Source: Draconibacterium sp.
GTDB taxonomy: Bacteria; Bacteroidota; Bacteroidia; Bacteroidales; Prolixibacteraceae
Assembly: GCA_041737765.1 (NCBI GenBank)
Contig: JBGSRA010000025.1
Coordinates: 95,208 to 159,207 of the forward strand
Length of the DNA: 64,000 bases
Reading direction: 5' to 3'
Of this stretch, positions 1 to 10,194 are shown one piece after another. Made by a program: the position numbers and the translations under genes. A model generated the notes under the pieces. That model was not told where the DNA came from, searched no databases, and worked only from the letters and a program-made list of their open reading frames with translations. The stretch's first letter is position 1. Each line of letters opens with the position of its first letter.

Positions 1-591
1 CATCATGTCCAAATACGATCCTTCCGGATAATTTCCTTTATTATCTCCAAAAATTTGACTGAGTGATCTTTTTAAATCATCTATTGCACATTTAACATTT
101 GGTTTTCCATTTGAAGTATTTTGAACAACTGGTAATTCAGGAAAACCTGGATTACCCCATCTCATGCCAGTTTTGCTGGTTATCCAAATAGATTTTCGTA
201 GATTTTCGTCATAGTTAGGTTCTCCTGGAATCAAATTCATCTCAACAAATGCCTTATGATAATATAATTGACTACTACTATAATTATTTGAGGTATCAAA
301 ATAATTGATTCCTAACTTAATCGCTTTGACAATTATTGCGACTGGATTTGTATCTTTAGGTGACCATTGCAAAGCTGCCTGCCCTCCCAAGCCCATTGTG
401 GTGACATCAAAATCAAAGCTTCCAAATTTGCGTTTTACAATTGAAGTAAGCTTTTCAACAGAAATATCACCTGCCGATATTGAAACAGGACTTAGACATG
501 CCAATGGAAATACAGAAATTGTGGCTGTTGTAGTAAGCGAGTTTCTGATAAAATTTCGACGTGACAAGGGATATTTTTCAATTGCTTTCAT
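1..591 (-). CDS. Aldo/keto reductase family protein with twin-arginine-type leader (partial, runs off window start)
   Basis: Not in ORF track. Manual translation from ATG at 591: MKAIEKYPLSRRNFIRNS...KRKFG...VTTMGLGG...AIKLGINYFDTSNNY...IWITSK. LGINYFDT and ITSK match AKR motifs. Confidence 0.8.
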   Translation of the reverse strand, partial: MKAIEKYPLSRRNFIRNSLTTTATISVFPLACLSPVSISAGDISVEKLTSIVKRKFGSFDFDVTTMGLGGQAALQWSPKDTNPVAIIVKAIKLGINYFDTSNNYSSSQLYYHKAFVEMNLIPGEPNYDENLRKSIWITSKTGMRWGNPGFPELPVVQNTSNGKPNVKCAIDDLKRSLSQIFGDNKGNYPEGSYLDMM

Positions 592-852
592 ATCTGCAGT
601 TATTAGAGTAGGTTAAATATACTGAATTAATAAGCAATCAATCTTAATAAAAGTCAATATGATTTTAAAATGGTTGTTGAAATAACTGGTTTTTTGGTTA
701 ACTCCGAAAAGAACTAAACCCTTTGTCACCAAAGGTGAACTGGAGAACTTCATAATTCAACAATCTCCAGATTTTCCCTGTATGAGTCAGCAGGCAAAAA
801 GATGAAAATTATTAAATTTTCAATTTTCGGAGCAGACTTTTATTTCCAATTT

Positions 853-1614
853 TTAATTAATTCTCCTCACAGCCCAGTTAATGGCATTTGTAATGTGTTC
901 AATTATCAGTTTATCCTGAAAAGCTTCATGGGTGTGGCCAAAACCGCTGTAAAACGAACGGATTCCATCTTTATCGCTGCTCCAGACAATTGGGTGGTCG
1001 CCCATCCTAAAGTTGTCGTTGTCGAATTTTTTAATGCTGGCTTCGTCTAAAGTTGCAAGCACATTTACATTGGGACGCGGATTTTCCTTAAAAGTGTACC
1101 ATTCATCAAAGGTTGTGTACGATTTCATTCCCTTAAACGGTTTCATTGCCGGGTGATCCGATTTTTCGAATACTACGGTTGCTTCCTGCGAAGCGGGGTG
1201 AGTTTTAAAATAACCGCCAACCAGTTTTCCGTAAAACGGCCATTCATATTCGCAATCGGCAGCAGCATGAATGCCAACAAAACCTTTACCCGATTTCATT
1301 ACTTTCTCAAATGCAGCCTGACCATTTGCATCAATGGCATCTCCGGTAGGGTTCATAAAAACCAGTACATCGAAACCAGAAAGAAACGATTCAGTAAACA
1401 AACCGGCATCCTCGGTGGCTGTGATCACCCAATTCTGTTTTTTACTTTGGTCGTACAACATTTTTATTCCCGTAGAGATCGATTCGTGCCTGAAACCGGC
1501 AGTTTTACTGAAAACCAGAATTTTCACAGGTTTATCAAACTCCGGTTTGTCCTGCGCTGTGCAAGCTACTGCAAAAATTAATGCAGCGATAATTGTAAAA
1601 AATAAATTCTTCAT
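853..1614 (-). CDS. ThuA-like domain protein, exported
   Basis: KILVFSKTAGFRHESI, GFVGIHAA, DEWY and YSGFGH motifs. Likely start MKNLFF at 1614 with signal peptide; the ORF track start is 1692. Confidence 0.85.
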   Translation of the reverse strand: MKNLFFTIIAALIFAVACTAQDKPEFDKPVKILVFSKTAGFRHESISTGIKMLYDQSKKQNWVITATEDAGLFTESFLSGFDVLVFMNPTGDAIDANGQAAFEKVMKSGKGFVGIHAAADCEYEWPFYGKLVGGYFKTHPASQEATVVFEKSDHPAMKPFKGMKSYTTFDEWYTFKENPRPNVNVLATLDEASIKKFDNDNFRMGDHPIVWSSDKDGIRSFYSGFGHTHEAFQDKLIIEHITNAINWAVRRIN

Positions 1615-1809
1615 TTTGATTTTAGTTTTGAATTTTAACTGACTTAGGTATTTGATTACAAGGATAATCATTTTTTTTCGGGAATAAACCAAAAAATGAA
1701 TGACATTTTACGAGGCTGTAAATCCAGAAAAATTTTATTGTTTTTGCCCCGGTACGGCGTTAACAAAAGATTGTTAATTTTGAACACAAATTTTATAAAC
1801 TTCAATTCA

Positions 1810-2823
1810 TTGAAAAAGAGAGTTTTACCACCCGAGTGGGCAGAACAGGAGTATATTCAGTTAACGTGGCCACATGCCGGCAGCGACTGGGCACCTTATT
1901 TAGAAGAAGCTGTTGCCTGTTTTAAGGAGATTGCCAAAGCCATTTTAAAATATGAAAACCTGATTGTTGTTTGTGTAAATATTGACGAGGTAAAAGAGGT
2001 TTTAAAGGATCTGGATTTAAGCAGAATCACCTTTTTTGAAACAGAAACAAACGATACATGGGCGCGCGATCATGGCGGAATTACGGTTATTGAAGAGGGA
2101 AATGGTATTATTCATGATTTCATGTTTAATGGCTGGGGACTCAAATTTGCTTCCAATTACGATAATTTAATTACAAGGAAGTTACATTCAGAACTTCCTT
2201 TAAATAAATATGGATACCGTAATCAACTCAATTTTGTACTTGAAGGTGGTGCCATTGAATCGGATGGAGAGGGAACCCTGCTAACCACCATAGAATGCAT
2301 GTTATCGCCAAACCGAAATGGTGGTTCAACAATAGAAGAAATTGAACAACATCTGATACAAACATTTGGTTTGGATCGTGTTCTTTGGCTTAACAACGGG
2401 TACCTGGCCGGAGACGATACCGACAGTCATGTAGATACGCTGGCACGCCTGTGTTCGGTTAATACAATCGCTTATGTACAGTGTAAAAATGAAGCAGATG
2501 AGCATTACAGGGCTTTAAAACAGATGGAAAATGAACTGAAGAGTTTTAAGACAAAAAAAGGTGAACCATATCAACTTATTCCGCTTCCAATGGCCGAATT
2601 TGTTGAGTTTGAAGGACAAAGACTACCTGCAACTTATGCTAATTTCCTCATTATGAATGGAGCTGTTTTGGTTCCTACATACAATTCTTCTACCGATAAA
2701 ACCGCACTGGATGCGTTGAAAGTAGCATTTCCGAATCGCGAAATTATCGGAATTGATTGTTCGGTTTTAATTAAACAACACGGATCGTTGCATTGTGTTA
2801 CCATGCAATATCCTAAAATTTAG
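1810..2823 (+). CDS. aguA: Agmatine deiminase family protein
   Basis: LPPEW, DTWARDHG, LEGGAIESDG, DTDSHVD, ATYANF and GSLHCVTMQ motifs. Probable TTG start at 1810. Adjacent to aguB. Confidence 0.9.
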   Translation: MKKRVLPPEWAEQEYIQLTWPHAGSDWAPYLEEAVACFKEIAKAILKYENLIVVCVNIDEVKEVLKDLDLSRITFFETETNDTWARDHGGITVIEEGNGIIHDFMFNGWGLKFASNYDNLITRKLHSELPLNKYGYRNQLNFVLEGGAIESDGEGTLLTTIECMLSPNRNGGSTIEEIEQHLIQTFGLDRVLWLNNGYLAGDDTDSHVDTLARLCSVNTIAYVQCKNEADEHYRALKQMENELKSFKTKKGEPYQLIPLPMAEFVEFEGQRLPATYANFLIMNGAVLVPTYNSSTDKTALDALKVAFPNREIIGIDCSVLIKQHGSLHCVTMQYPKI

Positions 2824-2829
2824 ATTACC

Positions 2830-3720
2830 ATGTCGAAAAATATAATTAAGGTTGCATTGATTCAGGTTTCTGTTTCAGAAAATATTACAGCCAACATTTC
2901 CAAACTTGCTTCGAAAATTCGGGAAGCGGCTTCAAAAGGTGCCGCACTGGTAGTTTTGCAGGAGTTACATAACTCCCTTTATTTTTGCCAGGTTGAAGAC
3001 CCTGAAAATTTTAGTCTGGCAGAAACCATTCCCGGTTCATCAACTAAAATTTACAGTGCACTGGCAAAAGAGTCGGACATTGTTCTGGTGACTTCACTTT
3101 TCGAAAAGCGGGCACCCGGTGTATATCACAATACCTCGGTTGTATTCGATATCGATGGTTCGATTGCCGGTAAATACCGAAAAATGCATATTCCCGACGA
3201 TCCAGCCTATTACGAGAAGTTCTATTTTACACCCGGCGATATTGGTTTTGAACCCATTAAAACTTCAATCGGAAAACTGGGAGTTCTTGTTTGCTGGGAT
3301 CAGTGGTATCCTGAAGCAGCGCGGTTAATGGCGTTAAAAGGGGCTGGGTTGTTAATTTATCCCACTGCAATTGGCTGGGAACAAACTGACAATGATGCAG
3401 AAAAAGAACGTCAGAAAGAAGCATGGATGATTTCGCAGCGCGGACATGCAGTGGCCAACGGATTGCACGTGATATCGGTTAACAGGGTTGGACACGAGGC
3501 AGATCCATCGGGAGTTACTAATGGTATTCAGTTTTGGGGCAATAGTTTTGTCGTTGGTCCGCAGGGTGAAATAATTGCCAAAGCATCTGATGCGAATGAA
3601 GAGCTGATGTTAGTTGAAATTGATCTTTCAAGAACTGAAACAGTAAGAAGAATGTGGCCATTTTTCAGGGATCGCAGAATTGATGCTTTTGGCGATATTG
3701 TTAATCGCTGGATAGATTAA
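2830..3720 (+). CDS. aguB: N-carbamoylputrescine amidase (carbon-nitrogen hydrolase)
   Basis: LQEL, YRKMHIPDDP and VCWDQWYPE give the E-K-C triad; operonic with aguA. Confidence 0.88.
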   Translation: MSKNIIKVALIQVSVSENITANISKLASKIREAASKGAALVVLQELHNSLYFCQVEDPENFSLAETIPGSSTKIYSALAKESDIVLVTSLFEKRAPGVYHNTSVVFDIDGSIAGKYRKMHIPDDPAYYEKFYFTPGDIGFEPIKTSIGKLGVLVCWDQWYPEAARLMALKGAGLLIYPTAIGWEQTDNDAEKERQKEAWMISQRGHAVANGLHVISVNRVGHEADPSGVTNGIQFWGNSFVVGPQGEIIAKASDANEELMLVEIDLSRTETVRRMWPFFRDRRIDAFGDIVNRWID

Positions 3721-4610
3721 CAATCACACCCCAATTTCTCCTCTTCTCCAAATTCAAACTGAATGGTAACATGTTCAATGTCAAATTCGTCATGAAGAAT
3801 TTTCCTGACTTTCTTGAAAATTTGGTTGGTTGCAGATACCTTTAAATCGTGTTCGAGATTGAGGCGACATTCAAAATGCAAAAGTTTGTCAGTTAAATTC
3901 CAAACATGTATGTGATGAATATCGTTAATTCCTTCGATTTGACTTAACCGCTTTTTTATTTCGGTAATATCAGTTTCAGCAGGAGTCATTTGCATTAAAA
4001 TAGTAACCGACTCTTTAAGCAGTTTCCAGGTATGAATAAGCAGGTAACATCCGATTAAAATCGTAACCACAGCATCGACCCAAACCACCTGATACATCCA
4101 GATAAGTGCAGCACCAACAATCACTGCCAGCGAAGTTAGTGCATCGCCCAATAAATGGAGGTAAGCAGCTTTTATATTGATGTTTTTATTCTTTTCGCCC
4201 TCCAAAACAAATACCGAAAGTCCGTTTGCAACCAGTCCAAGTAAACCAAGCCAAAACATCCACACTGCGTCAACCTGTTCAGGGTGAAGAAGGCGATTTA
4301 TCGCTTCGAAAATCAGGTACACCGAAATTGCAATTAAGGCAATTGAATTGATGAATGCTGCCAGAATTTCGGCACGTTTGTAGCCAAAAGTCGATTTTAA
4401 CGTGGAAGGTTTACTGCTTAAAACCTGTGCAATCCAGGCCAGAATTACCGACAACGAATCGCTGAGGTTGTGAATTGCATCCGAAATCAGGGCAAGGCTG
4501 CCCGAAATAATACCGCCAACAATTTGCGCTGCAGTTATAATTAAATTCAGAATAACAGTAAAAATCAGTTTTGATAACGAAACCTGGCTTGTTTTGTGGT
4601 TGTGCGACAT
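3717..4610 (-). CDS. Cation diffusion facilitator (CzcD-like Zn/Co/Cd exporter)
   Basis: SLALISDAIHNLSD, TFGYKRAE, AYLHLLGD and IHHIHVW motifs. Confidence 0.92.
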   Translation of the reverse strand: MSHNHKTSQVSLSKLIFTVILNLIITAAQIVGGIISGSLALISDAIHNLSDSLSVILAWIAQVLSSKPSTLKSTFGYKRAEILAAFINSIALIAISVYLIFEAINRLLHPEQVDAVWMFWLGLLGLVANGLSVFVLEGEKNKNINIKAAYLHLLGDALTSLAVIVGAALIWMYQVVWVDAVVTILIGCYLLIHTWKLLKESVTILMQMTPAETDITEIKKRLSQIEGINDIHHIHVWNLTDKLLHFECRLNLEHDLKVSATNQIFKKVRKILHDEFDIEHVTIQFEFGEEEKLGCDC

Positions 4611-4827
4611 TCTTTTTTAAACTAAAACATTGTTTACTATATTTGGTTTAATTGTTGTACGAATTTACAATTTGCAAAAATAGTACGAATCATGAAATGA
4701 GCATGATATTACAATCAACCACAGTGAATAAATAAATTTTTATGCGAATTCCATGTGGTTACAAAAGCAGATTAAAACAATACATTGATTACCAATATTA
4801 TATAAACATGATTAAAAATTTACATAC

Positions 4828-5532
4828 ATGAAAAATTACATTTTATCGCTGCTTTTCATTTTCAGTTTTACAGGCTATACAATCGGACAAGTTACTTTAA
4901 GCTACGAGTTAAGAGAAACTATTGATTTTTACAGAACTAACAAGTTCATCACCGATTCAGGTAAAAATCAGCTCGCAATGAAACAAGTCAAAGGTTCTCC
5001 GTATTTAAACGATGAATTTGAAAATGGTTCGATCTATACTGTTCAAAGAATTCAGTACCCTGATATTCCGCTGCGATACAATATTTATAACGACGAACTT
5101 GAGTTTAAAACTCCGGCCAACGAAATTCAGGCTTTGGCTACTCCCGAAATTGTTGAAAAAGCAGTATTTGGCAATACACATTTGGTTTATTCATCTTACA
5201 CGAATTCAAACAAAATAAAAAAAGGATACTTTGTAGTTTTGGAAGAAGGAAAAGCAATGTTGTATGCAAAACCCGGAGTAGTATTTAAGGAAGCTACAGA
5301 ACCGGCAGCGTACAAAGAAGCTGAACCGCCAAAATTTGACAAAAAAGCCGATGACTATTACATTCGGATTGGAACAGCACCCGCTCAAATGATTGGTAAT
5401 AAAAAGGAACTTCTGGCGGCTTTTCCCGACAATCAGGATAAAATAGAAAGTTATATCGACAAAAACAAAATAAAAACCAACAAGTCAGAAAGTTTGAAAG
5501 AGCTTGTAAAGTATTATAATTCGATAGAATAA
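4828..5532 (+). CDS. Hypothetical exported protein (paralog 1)
   Basis: Signal peptide; GSPYL..F..GSIYT and RYNIYND motifs; similar to the next ORF. Confidence 0.7.
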   Translation: MKNYILSLLFIFSFTGYTIGQVTLSYELRETIDFYRTNKFITDSGKNQLAMKQVKGSPYLNDEFENGSIYTVQRIQYPDIPLRYNIYNDELEFKTPANEIQALATPEIVEKAVFGNTHLVYSSYTNSNKIKKGYFVVLEEGKAMLYAKPGVVFKEATEPAAYKEAEPPKFDKKADDYYIRIGTAPAQMIGNKKELLAAFPDNQDKIESYIDKNKIKTNKSESLKELVKYYNSIE

Positions 5533-5575
5533 TGGGTTGAAAACAAATTCAAAACAGAATAGAAAATAATACAAA

Positions 5576-6283
5576 ATGAAATATCTTTTTCTTATTCAGT
5601 GTCTCTTGATTTTTATTTTCGATTTCTGCGAAGCACAAGTTGAGGTAACACCTAAAACGAAAGACGAAAACTATATTAATTCGTACGTAGCTGATGAGGC
5701 GAAATATAATGCGAATATCAAAAATGTCAGTTTCAAAGAAATTCTGGGTTCACCCTATTTAATTGATTCTTTTGTAGTGGGTTCAATTTACACAAGCAAG
5801 AATGAACATTTTCAAAATATCCCCATGCGATTTAATATTTACACTGATAATATTGAATACATTATGGGTGCAAGCAGTATTCTTACTTTGAAGAATCCTG
5901 AAACAGTAGAAAAAGTTGAGTATGGAAATTATAAACTTATTTACTTATCGCAATCAGATAAAACCAAATTTGAAAATGGATTTTTCATCGTTTTAACAGA
6001 GGGGAATGCTACTCTTTTATCAAAACCCGGGGTTACTTTGCATAATCCAACTCAACCTGGAGGTTATTCTGATGCCCAACCACCACATTTTTCAAGAAAT
6101 CCTGACACTTTCTTTATTAAAATTGGTAAAAATCAAGCCAAAATCATAAAAAATAAAAAACATTTAATCACTTCCTTTCCTTATTTCAGGGAAGACTTGA
6201 GTAATTACATCAAAGCGAATAATACAAAAATATCGGATCAGAAAAGTTTAAGCGATTTGGTTCAATACTACAATTCATTATAA
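5576..6283 (+). CDS. Hypothetical exported protein (paralog 2)
   Basis: Colinear similarity to 4828..5532 (GSPYL, RFNIYTD, EGNATLLSKPG, LVQYYNS). Confidence 0.7.
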   Translation: MKYLFLIQCLLIFIFDFCEAQVEVTPKTKDENYINSYVADEAKYNANIKNVSFKEILGSPYLIDSFVVGSIYTSKNEHFQNIPMRFNIYTDNIEYIMGASSILTLKNPETVEKVEYGNYKLIYLSQSDKTKFENGFFIVLTEGNATLLSKPGVTLHNPTQPGGYSDAQPPHFSRNPDTFFIKIGKNQAKIIKNKKHLITSFPYFREDLSNYIKANNTKISDQKSLSDLVQYYNSL

Positions 6284-6394
6284 AGTCAAACATAATTTCA
6301 GGTCATCACAAATATTATAGCAAATAAAATCATGTATGAAATTGTATTTCGTTCATGTTAGATTTAAGTGCGAAATATTTTTTTTCATCGCAGA

Positions 6395-6420
6395 TGCAAC
6401 ATTGAAATTTAACTTTCGTC
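6395..6420 (+). promoter_or_regulatory. Possible ECF-sigma (autoregulatory) promoter
   Basis: TGCAAC-N16-CGTC just upstream of the ECF sigma gene, resembling the AAC/CGT ECF consensus. Confidence 0.35.
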
Positions 6421-6446
6421 ATTCATTCAGAAACAAAAAATAAAGG

Positions 6447-7001
6447 GTGAAAACACTTTACGAAAACATTCATCAGGAGATTATTGATCAGTGCAGGGAA
6501 GGCAGCCAGAAAGCTCAATTCCAGTTGTACAAGTTGTATTACAAACCTATGTACAGTATATGTTTGCGTATGATCAACAACGAAACTGAAGCTGAAGATG
6601 TGATGCAGGAAGCTTTTTTAAGCGCGTTCAGAAAAATTGACACCTACAAGGGGGAAGTAAGTTTTGGAGCCTGGCTGAAGAAAATTGTAATCAATCGTTC
6701 ATTGGATGTATTGAAAAAAAGAAAGGTGAAGTTTGAGGAGATAAACGAAAAAACCAACCAAATCGTTGACTTTCAAATGGAAACCAAAGAAGTGAATGTG
6801 CAGGTGATAAAAGATGCCATTCAGAAATTGCCCGATGGTTACCGCGTGGTTTTGAGTTTGTACCTGATTGAAGGATATGATCATGAGGAAATAAGCGAAA
6901 TTCTGGGAATCAGCAATTCGAACTCGCGAACCCAGTATTTAAGGGCAAAAAACAAGTTAAGAGAATTATTAAAGGACACAGAAGTATTTTCATACAATTA
7001 A
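6447..7001 (+). CDS. ECF RNA polymerase sigma-70 factor
   Basis: AEDVMQEAF, SFGAWLKKIVIN and LPDGYR..EGYDHEEISEILG (regions 2 and 4). Confidence 0.93.
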   Translation: MKTLYENIHQEIIDQCREGSQKAQFQLYKLYYKPMYSICLRMINNETEAEDVMQEAFLSAFRKIDTYKGEVSFGAWLKKIVINRSLDVLKKRKVKFEEINEKTNQIVDFQMETKEVNVQVIKDAIQKLPDGYRVVLSLYLIEGYDHEEISEILGISNSNSRTQYLRAKNKLRELLKDTEVFSYN

Positions 7002-7007
7002 AACGCC

Positions 7008-7607
7008 ATGAAAGAAAGAGATAACATAGAAGAATTGATTTTGAAAAACCTGAAGGAGTTGAACGACAACGAACCGATGGATGGTCATTTCGAAAGATTT
7101 CAGGCAAAATTGAACACTCAGAATAAAAAGAGAAAGTTCAACTTTAGCATAGTTTGGAAAGTGGCAGCAGCAGTTGTTTTTGTTTTGCTGGCTGTAAATC
7201 AGGCAAATATTTATTTGTCACCCAATAGACAAACTGAAAATTCTGCAAGTAACAACGCTGATTTCTCGCTGGCATCGGTTTCTCCCGAATACAAAGAGGT
7301 TGAGTTTTACTATACAAATGCCATAAACGTTGGATTGGATCAATGGAACAGCCTTAAAACCGATGGTTATATTTCGAAAACCGAACAGGAAACAATGGTA
7401 ACTGAACTTGCTGATTTTGAAGCAAGATTTAAAACACTTCAAACCGACCTGGCTGCAAATCCCGGCGACGAAAGAGTAATTAATGCCATGCTGGAATATT
7501 ACCAGGCTAAACTCGAAATCATTAATATGATTGTGAACAAGTTAGAGGAAGTAAAACAAATGAAGGGTAAAACCAGTGAAACAAATAACGTAAATTCTGA
7601 AATCTGA
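7008..7607 (+). CDS. Putative anti-sigma factor, single transmembrane helix
   Basis: Directly follows the ECF gene; EPMDGHFERF N-terminus, TM segment VWKVAAAVVFVLL, helical C-terminus. Confidence 0.65.
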   Translation: MKERDNIEELILKNLKELNDNEPMDGHFERFQAKLNTQNKKRKFNFSIVWKVAAAVVFVLLAVNQANIYLSPNRQTENSASNNADFSLASVSPEYKEVEFYYTNAINVGLDQWNSLKTDGYISKTEQETMVTELADFEARFKTLQTDLAANPGDERVINAMLEYYQAKLEIINMIVNKLEEVKQMKGKTSETNNVNSEI

Positions 7608-7668
7608 TGATTCAGAAATAATAAGGAAAAAGACATTGAAATCAATTAAAAACAAAAAAATCAAAGAG

Positions 7669-8706
7669 ATGAAAGCAACTTTTAAAATCACAGCTTTGCT
7701 GATTCTGGTTATCGTTTTGGGATCAGGAACCACAGTTTTGGCAATTGAAAAAACGAAGAAATTCAGTGAAAAATGGGCGGCAGGCAGCGTTGAAAACCTC
7801 AACGTTATCAACAAATTCGGCGAAATAAAATTCGTAAACGAAGGTGGCCCCGATATTACGATCGATGTTTTGGTGACAGTGGAAGGTTCGAACGAGAATA
7901 AAGTGAACGACATGCTAGAAAAAATCGATGTTTCGTTCAGTAAAACCGGAAATACAGCAAAAGCTGAAACTTCGATGGAAAGCAATTATAATTTCAACGG
8001 AAAATTCAGCATCGATTATGTGGTTAATATTCCTTCAGAAAAAAATCTGCAAGTGTCGAACAAATACGGGAATGTAGTGGTAAACAACCTTACCGGCAAC
8101 GGCGATTTCGATGTAAAGTACGGCAGTATTACAGCGGTAAGTTTAAAGGGAACAAATACGCGGTTAAATCTGGATTATGGGAAAGGTAATATCACAGAAA
8201 CCGGAAATATGGAAACAGAAATTAGTTATTCAACCATCTCCATTGGTGAAACCGGAAACCTGAGATTGAACTCGAAGTATTCGACAGTTGAACTGGATAA
8301 GGCAAAAGATATTCAGGCCGAATCGAAATACGATAAACTGAATTTGGGCGATATTATTTCCTTTTCAGCAGTAACTAAATATACCAACATAAAAATCGGT
8401 AAACTTTCAAAAAGTCTGCGGATTGAAAATGGATATGGTGGAATAAAAGTGGAAGAGATTGCGCCCGATTTCGAATCGGTTTCAATTACCAATTCGTACG
8501 GACAAATTTCACTCGGATTAAGTGGTTCAAGTTACACTGTGGACGCTCGGTGCGATTACTGCGGAATTTCGTACCCGCAGGAACGTTTTAAGGGAAACCG
8601 GATGAAGGAAAGTACCAGTTACGAGTTGAAAGGGAAAATTGGAAATGCAGGTGGTGGAACTGTTACTGTAAAAAGCCGTTACGGGGAGATTAAGCTGGCG
8701 GAGTAA
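7669..8706 (+). CDS. DUF4097-like beta-strand repeat exported protein
   Basis: Signal peptide; repeated N/S-K-Y/F-G units; typical third gene of Bacteroidota ECF clusters. Confidence 0.7.
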   Translation: MKATFKITALLILVIVLGSGTTVLAIEKTKKFSEKWAAGSVENLNVINKFGEIKFVNEGGPDITIDVLVTVEGSNENKVNDMLEKIDVSFSKTGNTAKAETSMESNYNFNGKFSIDYVVNIPSEKNLQVSNKYGNVVVNNLTGNGDFDVKYGSITAVSLKGTNTRLNLDYGKGNITETGNMETEISYSTISIGETGNLRLNSKYSTVELDKAKDIQAESKYDKLNLGDIISFSAVTKYTNIKIGKLSKSLRIENGYGGIKVEEIAPDFESVSITNSYGQISLGLSGSSYTVDARCDYCGISYPQERFKGNRMKESTSYELKGKIGNAGGGTVTVKSRYGEIKLAE

Positions 8707-8760
8707 GGAATACAGGAATTAGTGATTGGGTGATTGGGTGAATAAATCCTAATTAAAAGT

Positions 8761-8795
8761 AAAAGAGTTGTTTGCTAAATGCAGGCAACTCTTTT
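8761..8795. terminator. Bidirectional intrinsic terminator
   Basis: aaaagagttgtttgc-taaat-gcaggcaactctttt hairpin between convergent genes. Confidence 0.7.
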
Positions 8796-8797
8796 GT

Positions 8798-9694
8798 TTA
8801 TTTTAAGGTTGAATAAAAACACAGTTTATATAAATCGAATAAAAAAAGACTTGGTTTGCGACCGGTTAAATTTCTTTCGATGCTGCGATGAAATAATTTG
8901 TAAAATAATCTCAAAAACAAAGCAGGCAAATATTTTGTAATCGATTGATACTTGTTTAAAAAGCGAACCTGTTTTGCAAATACATTGTCGCCGGGCAATA
9001 TTTTTTGAGTAATCAAATAAAGACTTTTTAAAGCTGTTTTGGTTTTCTCCAAAAAAACACTCGAATCTTCCAGACCAGTATGTTCAACCGGATTGTCGAT
9101 GTGAAAAATTTCAATCCCTTTTTTAAATAAATCGTATCCCAGCAAAGTATCTTCGTGCCCGTAATTTTCAATTTCTTCCCTGAAAAATATTTTTTCGAAA
9201 ACCATTTTTTCAATCAGAAAGTTATTCGATGTAATAATAAATCCTTTTTTACTGTTTCTGATTTTGGAAGAAATAGCTTCTCTGTTTGTACCGTAAAACC
9301 AACGTAAATATTTTTCAGGTTGTATGGGTTTATCCTGTTTATAGGCAGTTCCCCCGCAAATCACACGATTGGGTTTTACATATTCAATAAAGTTTTCGAG
9401 ATAATCTTCACTCACTGGCAACGAATCGGCATCAATAAAAAGCAAATACTGAAACTGCGATTCAAAACCCATTTTATTGCGGATTGCAGAACGGCCCAGA
9501 TTTTTATCCAATTCTTTGTAAACAACATTTTGAAATTCAGAGATTTTCCTGTTTTGCAGTTTAATATCTTCCTGCGAACCATCATCATAAACCCTGATTT
9601 CGTATCCAATTCGAAGTTCATCGGCTTGCTCCACAAGCTGCGAAATCAATTCACCCACTTCGTAATTGTAAACCGGAATATTTATTGACAGCAT
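8798..9694 (-). CDS. Glycosyltransferase family 2
   Basis: LSINIPVYN, YDDGS, FIDAD and YGHED motifs. Confidence 0.9.
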   Translation of the reverse strand: MLSINIPVYNYEVGELISQLVEQADELRIGYEIRVYDDGSQEDIKLQNRKISEFQNVVYKELDKNLGRSAIRNKMGFESQFQYLLFIDADSLPVSEDYLENFIEYVKPNRVICGGTAYKQDKPIQPEKYLRWFYGTNREAISSKIRNSKKGFIITSNNFLIEKMVFEKIFFREEIENYGHEDTLLGYDLFKKGIEIFHIDNPVEHTGLEDSSVFLEKTKTALKSLYLITQKILPGDNVFAKQVRFLNKYQSITKYLPALFLRLFYKLFHRSIERNLTGRKPSLFLFDLYKLCFYSTLK

Positions 9695-9735
9695 ATTTTA
9701 ATTTATGAATCGGTTAAAATTACAGAAATCTGGTG

Positions 9736-10194
9736 CTATTTAAAAAGTCGCTGGTCAAATGCAAATTTTGTTATTTCTATGATCTTAATTTTCTTAAAAT
9801 CAATATGATTTGGATTTATAAGTATATTATAGTCACCTTGAGTAACTGAAGAAGGTATTTGCATTAAACAATATTTATTTTCAAAAATAAATTTATCACC
9901 AATTGCCTGAGTTGTTGAAGGATGTGGAAAGGAATTCCAGTTAAGTGGTAATTCAGACACAAACATTTTTTTCATTGCTATATCATCAGGAATAAAGATT
10001 GTTATCATTACATAATCATCAGGAATAGTGGAAATTGAGAAATGCACTGCAACTTCCGCCATTGCCAGCGATCGGTTTGCAGCAGTGTAAATCATTTCGA
10101 TACCAACAGAATTCCAGCGCGCACCTTTTAATGCGGCTCCAATTCCCGACAATACAGATGAAAACTTTTCTCTCGATAATCTGTAAACCTCCAT
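9736..10194 (-). CDS. RES-domain toxin (NAD+ phosphorylase family)
   Basis: VYRL, GARWN, LAMAE, IPSSV and NILINPNH motifs carrying the R-E-S residues. Confidence 0.9.
   Translation of the reverse strand: MEVYRLSREKFSSVLSGIGAALKGARWNSVGIEMIYTAANRSLAMAEVAVHFSISTIPDDYVMITIFIPDDIAMKKMFVSELPLNWNSFPHPSTTQAIGDKFIFENKYCLMQIPSSVTQGDYNILINPNHIDFKKIKIIEITKFAFDQRLFK

Noticed and set aside
305-616. Plus-strand 103-aa ORF
   Set aside because: Antisense shadow of the minus-strand aldo/keto reductase gene (1..591).
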